Source: Octopus sinensis (lineage: Eukaryota). Taken from it: a stretch of DNA of 64,000 nucleotides. Under the pieces are notes generated by a model that was not told the DNA's origin, searched no databases, and saw nothing but the letters and a program-made list of their open reading frames with translations. Numbering within the stretch: the stretch's first letter is position 1; every line of letters starts with the position of its first letter. This document shows positions 28,461 to 42,938 of this stretch, piece by piece. The translations under genes and the position numbers were made by a program. Location of the stretch: the NCBI RefSeq assembly GCF_006345805.1, contig NC_043000.1, positions 53,072,001 through 53,136,000 on the forward strand, in the 5' to 3' direction.

Positions 28461-30507
28461 CGAATGACTGAACTCACCCTTTCACTTATAAATGCCTACA
28501 AACTAATACTATATTAGGACAAATAGTGTGTGCGATTATATTTTGTGTTGTAACTACGTTTAGCTCACCAAGCAAAATGATATATGAGTTTGGAAATATG
28601 CTGTACCAAATTCCAGGAATATCTGTAACTAAGTTCAACAAATTTAAGATTTAATTCCTCACCGTCCTACATAGTACTCAACACTGATACCTGAGATAGA
28701 TCTCTAATTCTATGGAATAGAACCCTCTTGAAATTTTGCTCTAATACCTCGTTTATATTGGTCTAGTAATATCCAGTTATGTCATGTCAGCTTATCACAA
28801 TACAGTGTGTTGTTTTTTAGATTCACTCACACCTACGTCTGCTATTAACTATTTACCTTTCCATTTTAACTCCTATAATGCTTCATCTCTCAATCAAAAT
28901 ACACTAATTTCCGAAAGGATGTAGGTTGAGACACGATTTATAACTATGAGATGGACATATTCTGACTAACAGTCAACAACAGGCTTGATGATCCCATTTT
29001 TTTTTTAATGTTACAAATCAGCGACTTTTCGCTGATATAGTAGGATTTAAGCGAAGTTTATAATTCATTAAGGAGTACATTCTCTTTCTATCTTCCTTCT
29101 GTCTATCCCCCCTCTCTCTCTCTGTATATATATAAAGATTACTCAGTACCAGACTTGGAATAAATATGCATAGTCTCTAAGTTTTGCATGCGAGTGCATA
29201 GGGTATTCAAGGAAATTATCACTGAAAAGGTTGTGTAAATTGCACATCTATATATATATGGTTCCTGTCAACCATTGACAAATATTCAACGCCATCACAT
29301 AACCATACTAGTATAGTTAATTCATTTATCCAACACAAATTGGGCATGGTAAGTGATGGTATAACCATAGTCATTCCATGTGTGCATGTCGAAATGTGTC
29401 TTGAATATCTGGAATAATCTACCGTATTTACTTGGAAAATGAAAATAATCGTCGTGGTGTGACATGATTTTGCAGCTTATTTTTAAGTCAATATTTAAAG
29501 TCAGCTAGCAGTAAATGGGTCAACTCCAAAGTATTTTAAATGGAAGCTTTCCTTTCAATCTCTTATTACACTTTTGAAATTTATTTAGAGTATTGAAAGC
29601 TCATCAACAAAAAAAATAATCTTAAGTAAAAAGACAATCAACGGTACAAACATTATATTAAGAGAGTACGTATTCGCAATTGGGATCTGTGAACTAATGA
29701 GAATCAAACTTGTTACTGTTTTTTAATTACAGGAAATTACATTACGAGCGTGTATATAATATTGATTTCTTTAAGTAGATTCCAACAAGCATTAATTATA
29801 GATAAAGCCAGACTCGCTTTGAATATGTCTGAGTATGCAAAGAATACTTATAAAATAGTCCAAGGCAAATAAATGAGACTATGAAATGTAAGGCTTCGAA
29901 TGCATATCTGTTTACGTTAACTGTTTACTCATAGAGCAGCATATTAGGAGAAAACAGCTCAGTGAAAATTTTTATTTAAATGCTTTATAAAGGGACAGGC
30001 AAAATGTCTATTCATAATATGACGTATATTTGAAATGTGTATTTATTACCGGAAGGAAAAAATGAAATAGGGAATAACAATAGATTAAAATACAAGTCAA
30101 ACTTGCTCTCCATACGAATTCGAGTATGTGTAAAAAAAGGAATATAAAATATATGAGCATAATATCGAGAAAACTTAATGCATGCTGAAAGAAATTGTTA
30201 TTATAATTCATTTATTCATCACATTCTATATCTCCGCAGATAACTGGATTAATATTTATTTTGAACTTCCGCTTACATATCCATCACACCAGCATATAAT
30301 ACTGCGCATATAGCATTGACGATCTTTTACTTAAATCGTTTCCATGTGTGTGTGTGTGTGTGTGTCTGTGAGTATGTATACATATATGTTTTAGCATGAA
30401 CGTAAGAGAGAGTCTAAGATAAGGAATGTTTATAGAGATACACTGTTGCCTTAATTCCAATTATTGTTGCTTTTCTTGGAGGCTGGCATATTACCAATTA
30501 CGTTTAC

Positions 30508-30679
30508 TTCAGAAGAGAGGATTTGCTCGTAAAATTTCCATTAATTTCGATAGACGTAATTGATGGAGTTCTAACATGAATAGAAAGCGAGTCGAGTACT
30601 TGGTTCCTAAAGAACTTGCCTGTTTTGTATACTATTTCAGTCATAGTATGCAAAACAACGTCCATTACGTTTCCAGGCT
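30508..30679 (-). pseudogene. Candidate exon (FN3-like start) of a decayed or poorly conserved minus-strand gene
   Basis: Strong acceptor tttttttccatttccgcag|, a phase-1 open frame EPGNVMDVVLHTMTEIVYKTGK...SLL, and a possible donor gtaaac at 30507. Confidence 0.3.
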
Positions 30680-30873
30680 CTGCGGAAATGGAAAAAAAGT
30701 AAGTAATCTGCAGAGAATACACTCTGTTCGAATGTTCAAACCGTACAATTTTACTCAAATAATGGTTACGTGGATGTATCAAATTGGATATCAAGTTACA
30801 TTCTATGATTTATGAAGCGAAGTCTAGGGTATCCAGTCGAAGATTGGATACCTTAGAGCTTGGATCTATCTTA

Positions 30874-31306
30874 GGATCTTTTCGATTTGAACGGCAGTTT
30901 TTAACATAATTTCGAGTTAACTAAAAAATGTTAAACTTCGTATACTGGTAGAATGTGTTTATACAACATCTTTTTCTCCTGGCTTTCTTGAGAAAATTCT
31001 ATAGTTTGTAAGGTATTTGTTATTTCTTTTCTTCAATTTCTGCAATTTCAACCAATCAATGACGTCCATTGAGTTAAAAAAAACAGTCTGTGCCGTATGA
31101 ATATATCCGTTGTTTAAGAAACAGATTGGGTTTATTTACATTTGTGAAGAAAAAAGATACCCTTCCCCCACCCCTAACCCTAACCCTAACTAACCCTAAC
31201 TCTAAAACAGATTGAAATGCAATAGATCGATACTAGGGTCATAATTATGTGTGACAATTTCACATGACACCGCTAGAAAAAACTGCCGTTCAAACCGACA
31301 AGATCT
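30874..31306. mobile_element. Second copy of the 8-bp-TSD MITE containing (CCCTAA)n
   Basis: TIRs ggatcttttcgatttgaacggcagtttt and aaaaactgccgttcaaaccgacaagatct. Perfect TSD ctatctta (30866-30873, 31307-31314). Colinear with 10661-11072. Confidence 0.9.
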
Positions 31307-32249
31307 CTATCTTATTTTAGACACAATGCTTAATTAACCAGAATTTATACCACACAAATATGCTAATAATGTCATTTAACGTTACAGAATCTGTAATAAA
31401 GTAATTTTCTACATGTTTTCTTAAACATACATTTTTGCTTGTGCCCAATGTGCCTAGCTACCTTGATATACCCATCTAAAGATATTCACATTTCCTTCTT
31501 TCCCTTTACCTCTCCCTTTCTCCTTCTCTGTTCCTCTCTCCCACTCCTTCCCTCTTTCACGTCTTCCGTTGCTGACTACCCCGCTCTTTTACTCTTTCTC
31601 CCTTTCTCTTTCTTTCTCCAAGCATATCTCTCTCTTTCTCTCTCTCGTCGCATCCATCCGTCTGTCTATCTCATTCTCTGCCTCCGTCTTTCAATCACAA
31701 CATCCCCCTCTCTGTAGATATGGAACTTTGCAACTTGTCTGAGACGTATGTGCTTGAAACGTTTGATGTGGCATAAGTGAAAAAGAATATAAAAAAATAT
31801 GTTTACGCATTCGAAGTCATCGAGTGAGTAACGGATAATATATTTTTCTCCAGATATTGATATGATTGCAGAGAAAGACGCCATGCTGTGTTCAGGTTCT
31901 ACAATCAACAAAGATCAAGTCGGATATTTACTTTCAAGCAAGTTACTACGAAAAAGCTGCTAATTCATTCATTGCCTACAGGTAGTTTATCTATGAATAT
32001 CTCTCAGATTTTAATGCTAATTTGTTTTCTATTTAACAAATTCTAAGATTAACAAATTCTAAGATTAACAGCTGACAAAATGTGTTGCTCACTTAAGCTG
32101 CATTTCATTCAATGAATTCAAATTTGCGTTTATTATTTTCTGATATTCAGTAATGCAAATCACTTTAAATAAATATGTTATAAAGTTTTGAATAATACTG
32201 GACAACAAAATGTAAGTAATGCTATTTAAACATTTTCAGCTGACTTAGG

Positions 32250-33390
32250 GTAATTTTAGGGTGCTGAATCCGAATGTGACATCAGTTTTCAGACAGTACG
32301 TGTAGTGCTTTAGTTATTCATATAATTAGATATTCTAACCAATTAATAATATTGACAAAGTAGTAGGCTATTTGATTTCGATCTTCATTTATATACTCAT
32401 CGCTGAAACAAAACTAAGCGCTGACAGAGGGATAAATAGGCTACCTGTTAAACTGCTACACAAGATGAGAATTTATTTTACTTTTTATCACTGTAATTAT
32501 AGTCAAGTTCTCCTCATAGTAGGCTATTGATATTAGGATATAATAAGCCACTCAGACTCCCTTTTCTTGATAACTGCTAGTACAGTTACAACAAAGTACA
32601 TCAAACAACGGAGCCAAGTTATATGAAAAGTAGTTTAGTACTAAGTATAGTTATTTATTAAAGTGGTCAATGAAATTTAGAGATGGAAAACATTGTTTCG
32701 TGATAGCCATAGCATTCGTCCATTCTATAATAATTTCAATGATTTATTTTCAAGAAACATATTTTGATATTTTACAGTGTAGAAAATTTACGCCAGAAGA
32801 TCAGAGAAATAAACTTACTAAGAAATGTTTAAATGCTTACAAGCTTTACTTTGAGTGCAAAGTTGGGGGCCTAGATAAACTGTGGGTGCCTCATGTTTAT
32901 TGAAAAAACTGCTACAAAACACTAACCCAATGGCTGAATGGTAAACGGAAAAGTATGCGATTCGCAGTACCAATGATATGGCGCGAAGCAACAAAGCACT
33001 ATACCGACTTCTATTTATGATTAAGTAACATCACATGTTTCTCTAAGAAGAACAAATCAAAGATTATATATTCAGATTGCCCTTCAACTTTAAAACTAGT
33101 TGCTCATGCTGCTGAAAATATTCCAATTCCAGAACCTCCTTCATCTTTTCACACAGATTGTTTAAGTGAAGTAAGTACTGCATCTACTTCAATTGAAGGC
33201 ATGCTGATTGATACAGTGGATGACTGTGATGAAGCAGGATCTTCAAAAGCATTTCCTCATTTAGTAAGTTAACTTGATTTAAATGATTTACTTAGAGACT
33301 GGGGTTTAACAAAAGAAAATTGGAACTACTGGGCTCCAGGTTGAAACAATGGTATCTTTAACACGATGGTGTAAAAGGGTCTCTATTGTT
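32250..33390 (+). mobile_element. TcMar-m44-type DNA transposon remnant (transposase N-terminal part ~32770-33380)
   Basis: CRKFT...AYKLYFECKVGGLDKLWVPHVY*KNC...WLNGKRKSMRFAVPMIWREATKHYTDFY...IPIPEPP and later DLNDLLRDWGLTKE..ELLGSRLKQW are hallmark m44-family motifs; stops present. Left boundary approximate. Confidence 0.8.
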
Positions 33391-33584
33391 TTTCAATTAA
33401 TCTCCTTAATCTGAGTGATTAAGTTAAATAATACCACAGGTGCCTCGGAATTTCATTAAAGAGGTGCTGTTTTTATCTAAAATCAAATACATTAAATATT
33501 AAACATTTATTGACGTCAAAATTCTATACATGGCATGTTATATACTAAAACTGTTATACTGTCGTATATACATACATACAAATT

Positions 33585-33790
33585 TAAAATTTGACACAAG
33601 TCCAGGAAATTCGTGCCGGGAGTAAGTTGATTGCATCTATCCAAGTGCTTGACTTATACTTATTTTATCGACCCGAAAGGATGAAAGGCAAAGTTTAACT
33701 GGGCGGATTTTGAAATCAGAACATGAAAACGGAAGAAATGCGCTAAGCATTACGTCCGACATGCTAAAGATTTTGCCAGCTCACCGCATT
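33585..33790 (-). mobile_element. SINE family A copy
   Basis: tacttattttatcgacccgaaaggatgaaaggcaaagtt...cggattttgaaatcagaac...gctaagcatt. Confidence 0.65.
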
Positions 33791-33899
33791 TGTTTATACA
33801 TACATACATACACAGTCAAACAAATATGCCTGTACACACACACTCACACAAATATGCTCACGCACACACACATGAACATATATAGTGTCAGTTCACAAT

Positions 33900-34310
33900 T
33901 TCTTTGATATAAAAATTCAATTCCTTTACTTGGTTTCTTTGCTTTGATGAATTCTCTGACGGAGCACTAGAGTTATTCTTTTGTGTTTTTGGATAACCCT
34001 TGATAATTTCCACACCTTGCTATTTCTTACGTTTTATCCTAGATGTCCTTTCTTTGAATTCAAGCTATGTCACTTTATTCTTCATCTGTGACAATATTAA
34101 TAATACTTCTCTTGACTGGACCAATGTATTTCAGCCGTTTATTTCTGAAGAGTAATTTAAGCTTTCTTTTAATATCTTTCTCATTCAAATTTTTAATACC
34201 CATCTACGATGTTCTCGTAGCAAAACAGTTATATTTATCACTTAAATTAAGCTAACTTCATCGCTGTGATAATATTGCCACTTTATATATGATCATTTAG
34301 GATGGATTTA
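33900..34310 (-). mobile_element. Possible decayed PLE GIY-YIG endonuclease fragment
   Basis: Minus strand KYIGPVKR...SKVWKL; only weak motif support. Confidence 0.3.
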
Positions 34311-37300
34311 TAATTTCAACAGCTTAAGTTCGAATATCTTATTTTCCATTTCATTTACAGCGAAGAATACGAAGTGAAAAAGTGCATAAAGTTTGAAAAT
34401 GATGTCATAAAGTCGTTTACGTGATGCACTAAATTCTGAGTAACATGCTGAAAGCATGTTTTATATAAACAACGGTGATATGTTACATGGGTAATAAATA
34501 ATATTGCCCCTACGAAGTACGAAAATTTAAGGAATGTTCTATACAGTGTAGCACATAAGTATTCAAGCTATATACAGGAGGATAAAGCTGTTACCTAAAT
34601 CAATTACAAACGCACTGTAGGAGAGAAGAATGATAATGTATTTAGAAGTAGTATTTGACAGTTATCAGATAAACAGATTTCAAATCCGATTATTTGAATA
34701 TGTCTTCCTTATAATGTATTCGATAAAGGATGAATAGCTTTCTTGATTTCTTCTAATAGCATAATAGTGATAACATGTGTCAATACTTATACAGAAACAT
34801 TCTATTCGCATTAAACTAGATTAAATACACATATTGAAGAAGATAAGATGGTACTGATAATCAAAATATTGTAATATTAGAAGTGAAGATAACGTGGTAC
34901 CACCTAAGTGGTATTTAAAAAAAGTCAGACCGCAATACAACACACATACACACACAAATACATACACTCACACACATGCACACACACACACACGCACACG
35001 CATACACACACATGTCTATTTGTGTATTTATGTATATATGTATATATATAACTAGGTATGAATATACATACATTTATACACTGATAGAAATACAGAAAAA
35101 TAGATAGACAGAAAAAATGAGACAGATAGAAAGTTAGATAGGTAAAAATAGACCAAAAACAATATGAAAATAATTCATATAGATGAGATGTTACATATTG
35201 ATATTCATATTTCGTGATGGGGGGGTTAGATTTTACGGCTATTTAAAAGATTCGGCGACTGGTTGATACAATAATGCATATTTTGCAAACAGGTCTACAT
35301 GACGAGACAATAATTGTAAAAAGCTAACAGCAAAAGATGCCTATATGACATGGAAATAATAGTAAAGAGCTAACAGTAAATATATTATCAACTCACATGA
35401 AGCATGTTACGTTACTCCAGTTGGAATCGTTGAATATTTTCGACGGAAGGATGAAAGACAAATGTAAATGCAATTATAGCCGGTTACATATTTATAATAT
35501 GCAGATATGTATAAAAATATGGGAAATGAAAGTGATAATTGTGATTATTATCAGCAGAGAGGTGACAACGGGTTAAAGATGTGTAAAGCACGTGAAATCG
35601 AGACCAAAACTATGTTCGTGTGAGAGCAGAACTGGGTTAGGATATGGAAAGAGGAAGGAAAAAGTTAAACAAAAGAGAAAGTAACGAATGAGGTTAGAGA
35701 AGCGTAACTATCGAGGACAGGTTATGAATTCAAGTTTGAGCAATGAGTAGGGAGATCCTGTGTAAAATATGAAATCTAACGTTTGGCCACCTAATCTCCT
35801 GAAAGTTTCCGATCGTACAGATAACAAAGGAGCCGCTACAAAAATAAGAAGGGGGCTACTACAACGATGAATATTAATTAAAACAAATAACGAGGCACAT
35901 ACATAAGTATGAAAAATTTTAAGTTTCAATTAAATTTCATACTTTCTAATGAATTTGAAATATTTTAAGTTCCATTTTAATTAACGCATTCATAATTCTA
36001 CGTGTACACGAATAAAAATGATATTTTATAACATCAAGTAAGAGAATGTCGAGACATAATGCATTCTTAAGTTTATATAAAGTCGATTAGCACATGGCGA
36101 TCAATGATAAAAAAATTTGGAAAAAATCTACACCTGCAAAACGCTATAATGCAACAGTACTTTTCTCATGACCTATAATTTCGCGTGCTGTCTCAAAGGA
36201 TCCTCTGTTCAACACATCAGTTGTAATGTGACCATCCTGACAAGGTCTTCCTATCCATATTCTAGATCAGACGCTATAGGAAATATAATTAGGGAATATA
36301 ATTAATTTTGAGATGATGGTTGTGATGGTTGTCTTTTACTAGCGAAGTACATGATTTGCACCTAACGTAAGAGACGAACTAACGTGTGGCAAATATATTT
36401 ATATAACATCTTATACAAACATTTATGTATATACTTAATACAAACATGCATACATACATACATGTATATATATATATATACGTACATGCATACATACCGA
36501 CACACGGATACACACACACATATAAATACACCCTTCAGTGCATACATGCAATAACTATGCTCGTGTATAATTTGTTGTCTTAAAACTTTATTTTTATCAC
36601 TTACTTTTATAATAGAGAGGGCTTCTCGCATTTTAATGAATATTTGCTCGATAGAATTACTTAATACAATCAATCATATTATAATACTTCTGCTGATTGC
36701 ATTTTATTCTATTTATTGTTTTTAATCGTAACTATATTCTGTTTAATTAATTTATTTCCTTGAAAATAAGTGTACAAAATTCATATAAACAATCCATGCA
36801 TAAAATGGTGTATTTTGTTAATTCTATCGCAAGAAACGAAGGGATGTGCAATCCCTGAGTCGGGATTTCTTATAATAATAAGATGAATTATTGTCATTTC
36901 TTGCAAGACTGACTTCGTACGGAAATCCAATCAATAATTTTACTTTTCTGTTTTTCTTGCATAATTCAAATCTCAATTACTCACGAATTCCCACGGCAAC
37001 ATGTCATTTCATTAGTATAATGAAATAAAAAAAATCTTAAATAGATTTGCCCATATGTAATCATATGCGAGAGATTAATTGAGGGCTTACTGATCTTTGC
37101 AACTAATGCTAAAGTAATTTCTCTGTTACCTTGGGTAAATGATTTGTCATAAAGTGCTTTCTGTTCTCGTTTGTTGCCGTTTTGGGAAATATTTCATTAA
37201 TAACATATTAAATACAACAAAACAAATATTGTGTGGAAGGCATGACAGATAGAGAGCATTTAAACACACTATGTGTATAAAAAGTTTGGAGAAGACTTTA

Positions 37301-37429
37301 GACCACCTTTGTGAACATGATCATTATAAGCATTACAAGTTCAATGTTAATACCAATAATTGGGAACGTTATCTGTGAGTATTGGGATAACTTTAAAGGT
37401 AACGTTATATAGAGCAAATTTAATCTTAT

Positions 37430-37570
37430 TTACAGTATTTACATTTGACGGATATCTGTGCTCATCTTGTTTGTTATTAACACAACGTTTCAGCTGATAT
37501 ACCTTCCAGCCTTCATCAGGTGTCGTGGAGAAATTTCGAACTTGAATTCTCATTCTTAAGGTATTTTTCG
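37430..37570 (-). mobile_element. Short hammerhead-containing repeat (PLE pLTR or retrozyme-like) abutting an (AAT)n tract
   Basis: Homologous copy on + at ~47485-47620; contains the hammerhead at 37479-37524. Confidence 0.7.
37479..37524 (-). ncRNA. Minimal type I hammerhead ribozyme
   Basis: GACAC-CUGAUGA-AGGCUG..CAGCU-GAAACGUU^GUGUU: stem I GACAC/GUGUU, stem II GGCUG/CAGCU, and the AACGUU palindrome as stem III. Confidence 0.75.
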
Positions 37571-37585
37571 ATGTTGTTGTTGTTG

Positions 37586-37651
<66 letters not shown>

Positions 37652-37662
37652 TATTATTATTA
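37571..37662. repeat. (GTT)n-(ATT)n microsatellite
   Basis: Direct reading. Confidence 0.95.
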
Positions 37663-38649
37663 TCTTGACACGAAACTATGATATAGTGAAAGTAAAACAA
37701 TACCAACTCCATTCACAGATACTCATATACACGCATACACACGTACGCATACATATATGTATATATAATAATTATACACACCCTTAATAATAATATATCT
37801 CCTTGAAGGGACAACATACTGCAACTTGCAAGCTTGTATGAATGTATATATATATATATTGTTTTTACAGGTATATTCTCATTTATGTTTAATGCATCAG
37901 CAAGTTTACAAACATTATCTATAAATTAAGGACCCTTTAACCATGTCAGATTGGTAAGATAATTCCCAGCAAGATTGGCCGTCTTGTGATATGATATGTA
38001 TCGTGAAGTTTTTCTTGGAGCTTACTTGCTTCTCTGCTTAAGCTTCATATAAAGAAATATTCTTTGGATTCTGTTAGTATATATTGAATCTCTGGATCCC
38101 ACTAATCAGTCTTTGCTTAACGCAATAAAATGTTGATATTCTATATATTTGTAAAACGAAATATATTTATAAAGTATACATAGCTCCCCTAACCGGAGCA
38201 TATTTTTTACAATATGCTTACATTTTCTAGTGCACTAAATAGCTAAATTGTGAAATGCTTAGACGTATTGTAGCATTGAAGTAAGCAACTGCATATATTT
38301 CACTTGTTACACATCATGCATTAATCGTCAAATAGATGTATATTAAATGAGGAAATAAAATATGATCCGCTAATATTCATACCTTTTACTACCTGGCTAG
38401 AAAATATCAATGATATAGTCTTCCTTTTAAGTACATTTCAGCTTATAGAGATTTTTGTTGAGGTCTCATATCCCTGCTGCTCTGATGTTATCACGGAACG
38501 GACAAAACAATGAAAACATCATTACTTAGTGATTCAACATTTGCATTTTATGTATTTGTAAAATTGTTGATAGAATTCCATATTTTCTGTTGTTTTAAGA
38601 ACTACCCGCTAAGGAGAATTTCAGGGTTACTCCCAAAAGAGGTGACTTA

Positions 38650-39100
38650 GTATCATTTTTGATGCATATTTAGCACCGATGACATATGATAAATCCATCA
38701 CGCAGGTAACAACAGGAGAAAAAAAAATTAAGGCTACACTAGTACTTGTTTGATACACATTTTCTACTGAAGTGACTATAGCAATGACAAATGATACAAC
38801 TCGCCAAAGGACACGATGTGCTGCTAATACGAGTAGCTGAAGGGACGACATTATAATTGTGAATCAAAACACCCGCAGCCATTAGCCTATATGCCTTCAA
38901 ATCTAAGGACTGAATATCCCGAAGCACATTAATGACATTAGTATCTACATCATACTTAGTTACCGCTGGATTTCTACTCAGATTTGAATATCGGTTTTGC
39001 TTTAGCACTAAGATATTTAGCAAAATATGCATTTCACTCCAGCACGTATCCAAAAGAGTATTTTTGCAAATGTATACTTACAGCGTGTCTATGTGTGTAT
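38650..39100 (-). pseudogene. Cysteine-rich, EGF/MEGF-like decayed coding remnant
   Basis: Minus-strand pieces CH*CASGYSVLRFE, GCGCFD and CPLASCIICHCYSHFSRKCVSNKY*CS...CCY...ICHRC, with stops and frameshifts. Confidence 0.3.
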
Positions 39101-39229
39101 TTTTCGAAATCGATGCAACAAAACTTTGAATTGATTCCACTAGCCGACACATACAATTTTGTTATTGACGTTCAAGGATAACAACGCCAATCGTTCTATG
39201 ATTTCAAATTGGAACTTACAATGAAACAT

Positions 39230-39650
39230 TAGTTACAAATTGTGACAAAAGGCCACCAATATTGGCTTTGCGCCAAAAGTCGATTATACTGATACCAGTG
39301 CTCATTTAGGTTTTATTTTATACACCTTAAAAAAATGGAAGAAAAACTTGTCCTCTTAGGGATTTTAATTCAGCACGTAAAGACGAATAAAATGATACTA
39401 ATCATTTTCTCCGGCGTGCTAATGTGCTAACAATTCAGCTTGTCACCGTTACCTAGAATAAAATTTGGCCATCAATTTTGGGGTAGGAGCCAAGACGCTT
39501 ACATCAGCCCCAATAATCAACTGGTACTTATTTTATCAAACCCGAAAGGACGAAAGGCAAAGTCGACCTCTGCAGAATTTGAATTCAGAACGTCAAGATG
39601 TACGAAATACCGCTAAGCATTTTGGCCGGTGTGCTAAGTATTCTGCTAAC
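39230..39650 (-). mobile_element. Two adjacent SINE family A copies
   Basis: 39455-39650 has ctggtacttattttatcaaacccgaaaggacgaaaggcaaagtcgacctc; a more decayed copy lies at 39230-39450. Confidence 0.6.
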
Positions 39651-42600
39651 TTAAATTTAAATATTAATAAAGTAAAAAAAATTGTTCACTGTTAATTCAG
39701 TCTTGAAGATCCGCTATTTCATTGTTATAAGGTTTGTTCAATATATTGTGTTGCATAGTTATTGTTATGAGTACTTTTTGCAAAACATTTCTGGAATATA
39801 TATGATCCGCATATTTTAGCCAGTTATCCACTGAAATAAAAATATTAAATTTGAATTTTTATATCCTGCTGGTACATTAGGTTTAACTTTTACAACATGC
39901 ATGAATAATTTATATAATAGCAGAACATAAATTGGTTTAGTTTCTAACATACTGTTAAATAATGCATTTGAAATTTAGTGTATAATATATTTCCCAACAG
40001 AAATATTGAATATAATGAAAACATTTTATTAATGAATGTTTCCGAATCGTTTTTATTTTCTATAGAACATTTTGTGATTTTAATGGCTTGGGATATTTTG
40101 ATGCACTATTTCAAAACTATATTGATGAACTCATAATCATTTACGTCTATTACATACACAACAATAATCACACGTATGTCGAAAGCTCACTGAAAATTAC
40201 CTCTATAAACTAAACACTTTGACACAAAAATATTTTTAGAAACGTGTTATTTTATTCGTGATTTTGTTAAGGAGTGATTGTGTATACATATACAGTTATA
40301 TTAATCCGGGTTGGATAAAGAATTATAATTCAACATTTATTTCTTCTCGATGGTGATTTGAAACGTAACATGCCCGTTTCGTCAATCACCTCACAGGTGG
40401 AATGAAACAAAATTACACATGAACATTCTATTGAAATTAAAATAGCCTTTTAACTTACTACCTATTGGTGTTAACAGGATTTTTCGAAGCTTCTAATAAC
40501 AAAAGCATTGGGGATTTTCGTAAGAAATGTAAATTATAGAATCGATCCAAGACCGTAGATATTTAAATAAGGAATTGTGTTATTTGAAGAGAATAGGAAA
40601 ATAGATACCAACGAAAAGTGCCGTAGGGAGAAACAGCAAGGGAATTTAACAATCGTATAAACGCACAACATTCTACTGATAACAGAAAATTTGTAATCCC
40701 ATGCTTCTTTTGAATTTTCAGTTATATATTACGCGGCTATATTATGAAGGGGAAATCTTTCTCGACAATAAAGGTATGATTGGCGTATATTTTTCACAGC
40801 ATAGATTTAACCTCAATACGATTTCATATCAGAATATAACAAAACATCCTTAAATGTTGCAAAGCCTTCGCTTCAGCAATGTCAAGTGCTGCTAGTTTAT
40901 CATATATAGGCTTGGGAATATGATAATGTTCTGATAATTTTCAGTTTAGTTTAAATGAAACTAAGAAAGAAATATTTCAGGCAATGTTTTATATAATTGG
41001 TAATATTTTGTAATTTCAGCATTTATAATCTTAAAAATTAATTCCTGGCAGAAAATATTTCGTCGGATCTGAGGTGATGAAACGTTAATAAAGTTAAATG
41101 GTAGGGGCAACATCAACCCAGATCCGATTGGATGTGAATTAATAATTACAGAGATTTCGCACAAAGAATGCGGGAGACAGGTAATATTGTTTGTATATTG
41201 TACAAGATTTAACTTAAGTTCCTGTGTCTCCAGTCACATTGGGTAAATATTAACACGTCTACTCCATAAGTAGAAGAATGTGGAATCAGCCAAACAGTTT
41301 TCGGTTTTATATTTGAAGAACCGGACGTTGTTTCCTTTGAAGAAATGATTCTTGTTGCAGTAACAGTAACTAAACAGACTACACGTATCTTCAAAAGTTT
41401 ATTGCTGTTATTTTTTTTTAATTTACAAGATTTATTTTTACATCAAAATCGTTTTCTGAAACTGATATTACCAATAAAATCAAGTAATTAATCAAATAGT
41501 GTGTTAGTTGACAATTTATCCTGTCACAGATCTTACGTCATAGTTTGTGACCTTACCGATACCTCTGTGATGTTCAAGCATCTCTTTCCTCTCATCACTT
41601 ATTGAATGTTTACTGTTCAAAATTTCGGATGAAGTTTTTCTCCACCAAATACTATTGATTGAACCAATTTGGTATATTGACAAAAGAACACCTATTTAAG
41701 TTGGAACATATTCCTTAGTTTTTAGAAATTATGTTTCAAAATTCATCCATTTTCCTTCGAAACGTTTTTTAAAATGTGCACGAGGTTGACTTTGTCATTC
41801 TTCATTGCAGGATCTAATAAACTAAAGATTGGGAATTTAATCAACTATTCTCTTAATTCCCATATCTGAGACTTTATACTAATGAGAATAATCGATATTA
41901 ACTTTAGTGCTTTTACACGCCCATATCGATCATCTTAAATGACTTAACAATGTTTTGATTTCTAGCCAGAGGCAACATATTAGCTTTAAAAAAAGGCAGC
42001 ATTGTTTACCCAATTATTAGGCTTGTTCCTGTTTATTTTTTCAGAAGGGAAAATGTTCCATACAAACTTGAAAGCAGAAACAAATAACTCAATATTGCGG
42101 CATTTTGTACTCCGTTCTACCGATACTCCAAAATCAAAACATTGTTAAATCATATATGATCGATATGAGTATGCAAAAATACTAAAGCAAGTTTTATCCT
42201 AAACACTGTTACCCTCAGTGATTTTACAGTAGATGCAATTATCTGGCAAAAAGTCATGGTAAAACTTTCTAAGAATGCAAATTCTGCTACGGCCATGTCT
42301 TCAGATATGCTCTATGTACATTATATTGCTTTCATGTAAATAATGGCAGTATATATCGCCCGAGGGCGATATAAGTTCTAGAAGTTCTATTTATTCCTTC
42401 TAGCAGCTTACAATCCTTATTGTAGCAATATATTCCCGAAGCAAGTATGTGTAATGAATCCTTCACGGTAATCAAGTGTGGTACGGATGATTATTTCAAA
42501 ATTGTGTTTATAAGCCATGCGGGGCGATCATAAGAACCGGTTATATAAGAATAGAATCTATTTGAAGCTTTAATTCACACACAAATTCTAAGTGGTGTAG

Positions 42601-42895
42601 AAATATCGTAACAACCTATATATAAGAATATTAAAATATTTATATATGAACCAGTTAAACTTTATATTGAGACACCTCAGTATAAACTTGTAGTTATGCG
42701 CCGAATACATAGATCCATTGAGACGCACGTATAAATATAAATATTGCTCTCCGTATATCTCTCTCAGTCTCTCATACACACAGACACACTCACATCTATG
42801 CACGCACACGTAGGTGCACACGTTATTGAGGGAGAAATAGAGGAGAGAGAGAGACGGGAGAGGAGAGTACGATGATAGACGTTACTTATATATAT

Positions 42896-42938
<43 letters not shown>

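Noticed and set aside
31172-31205. True telomere or chromosome-fusion remnant
   Set aside because: Only a few CCCTAA units, internal to a MITE and present at the same position in the other copy.
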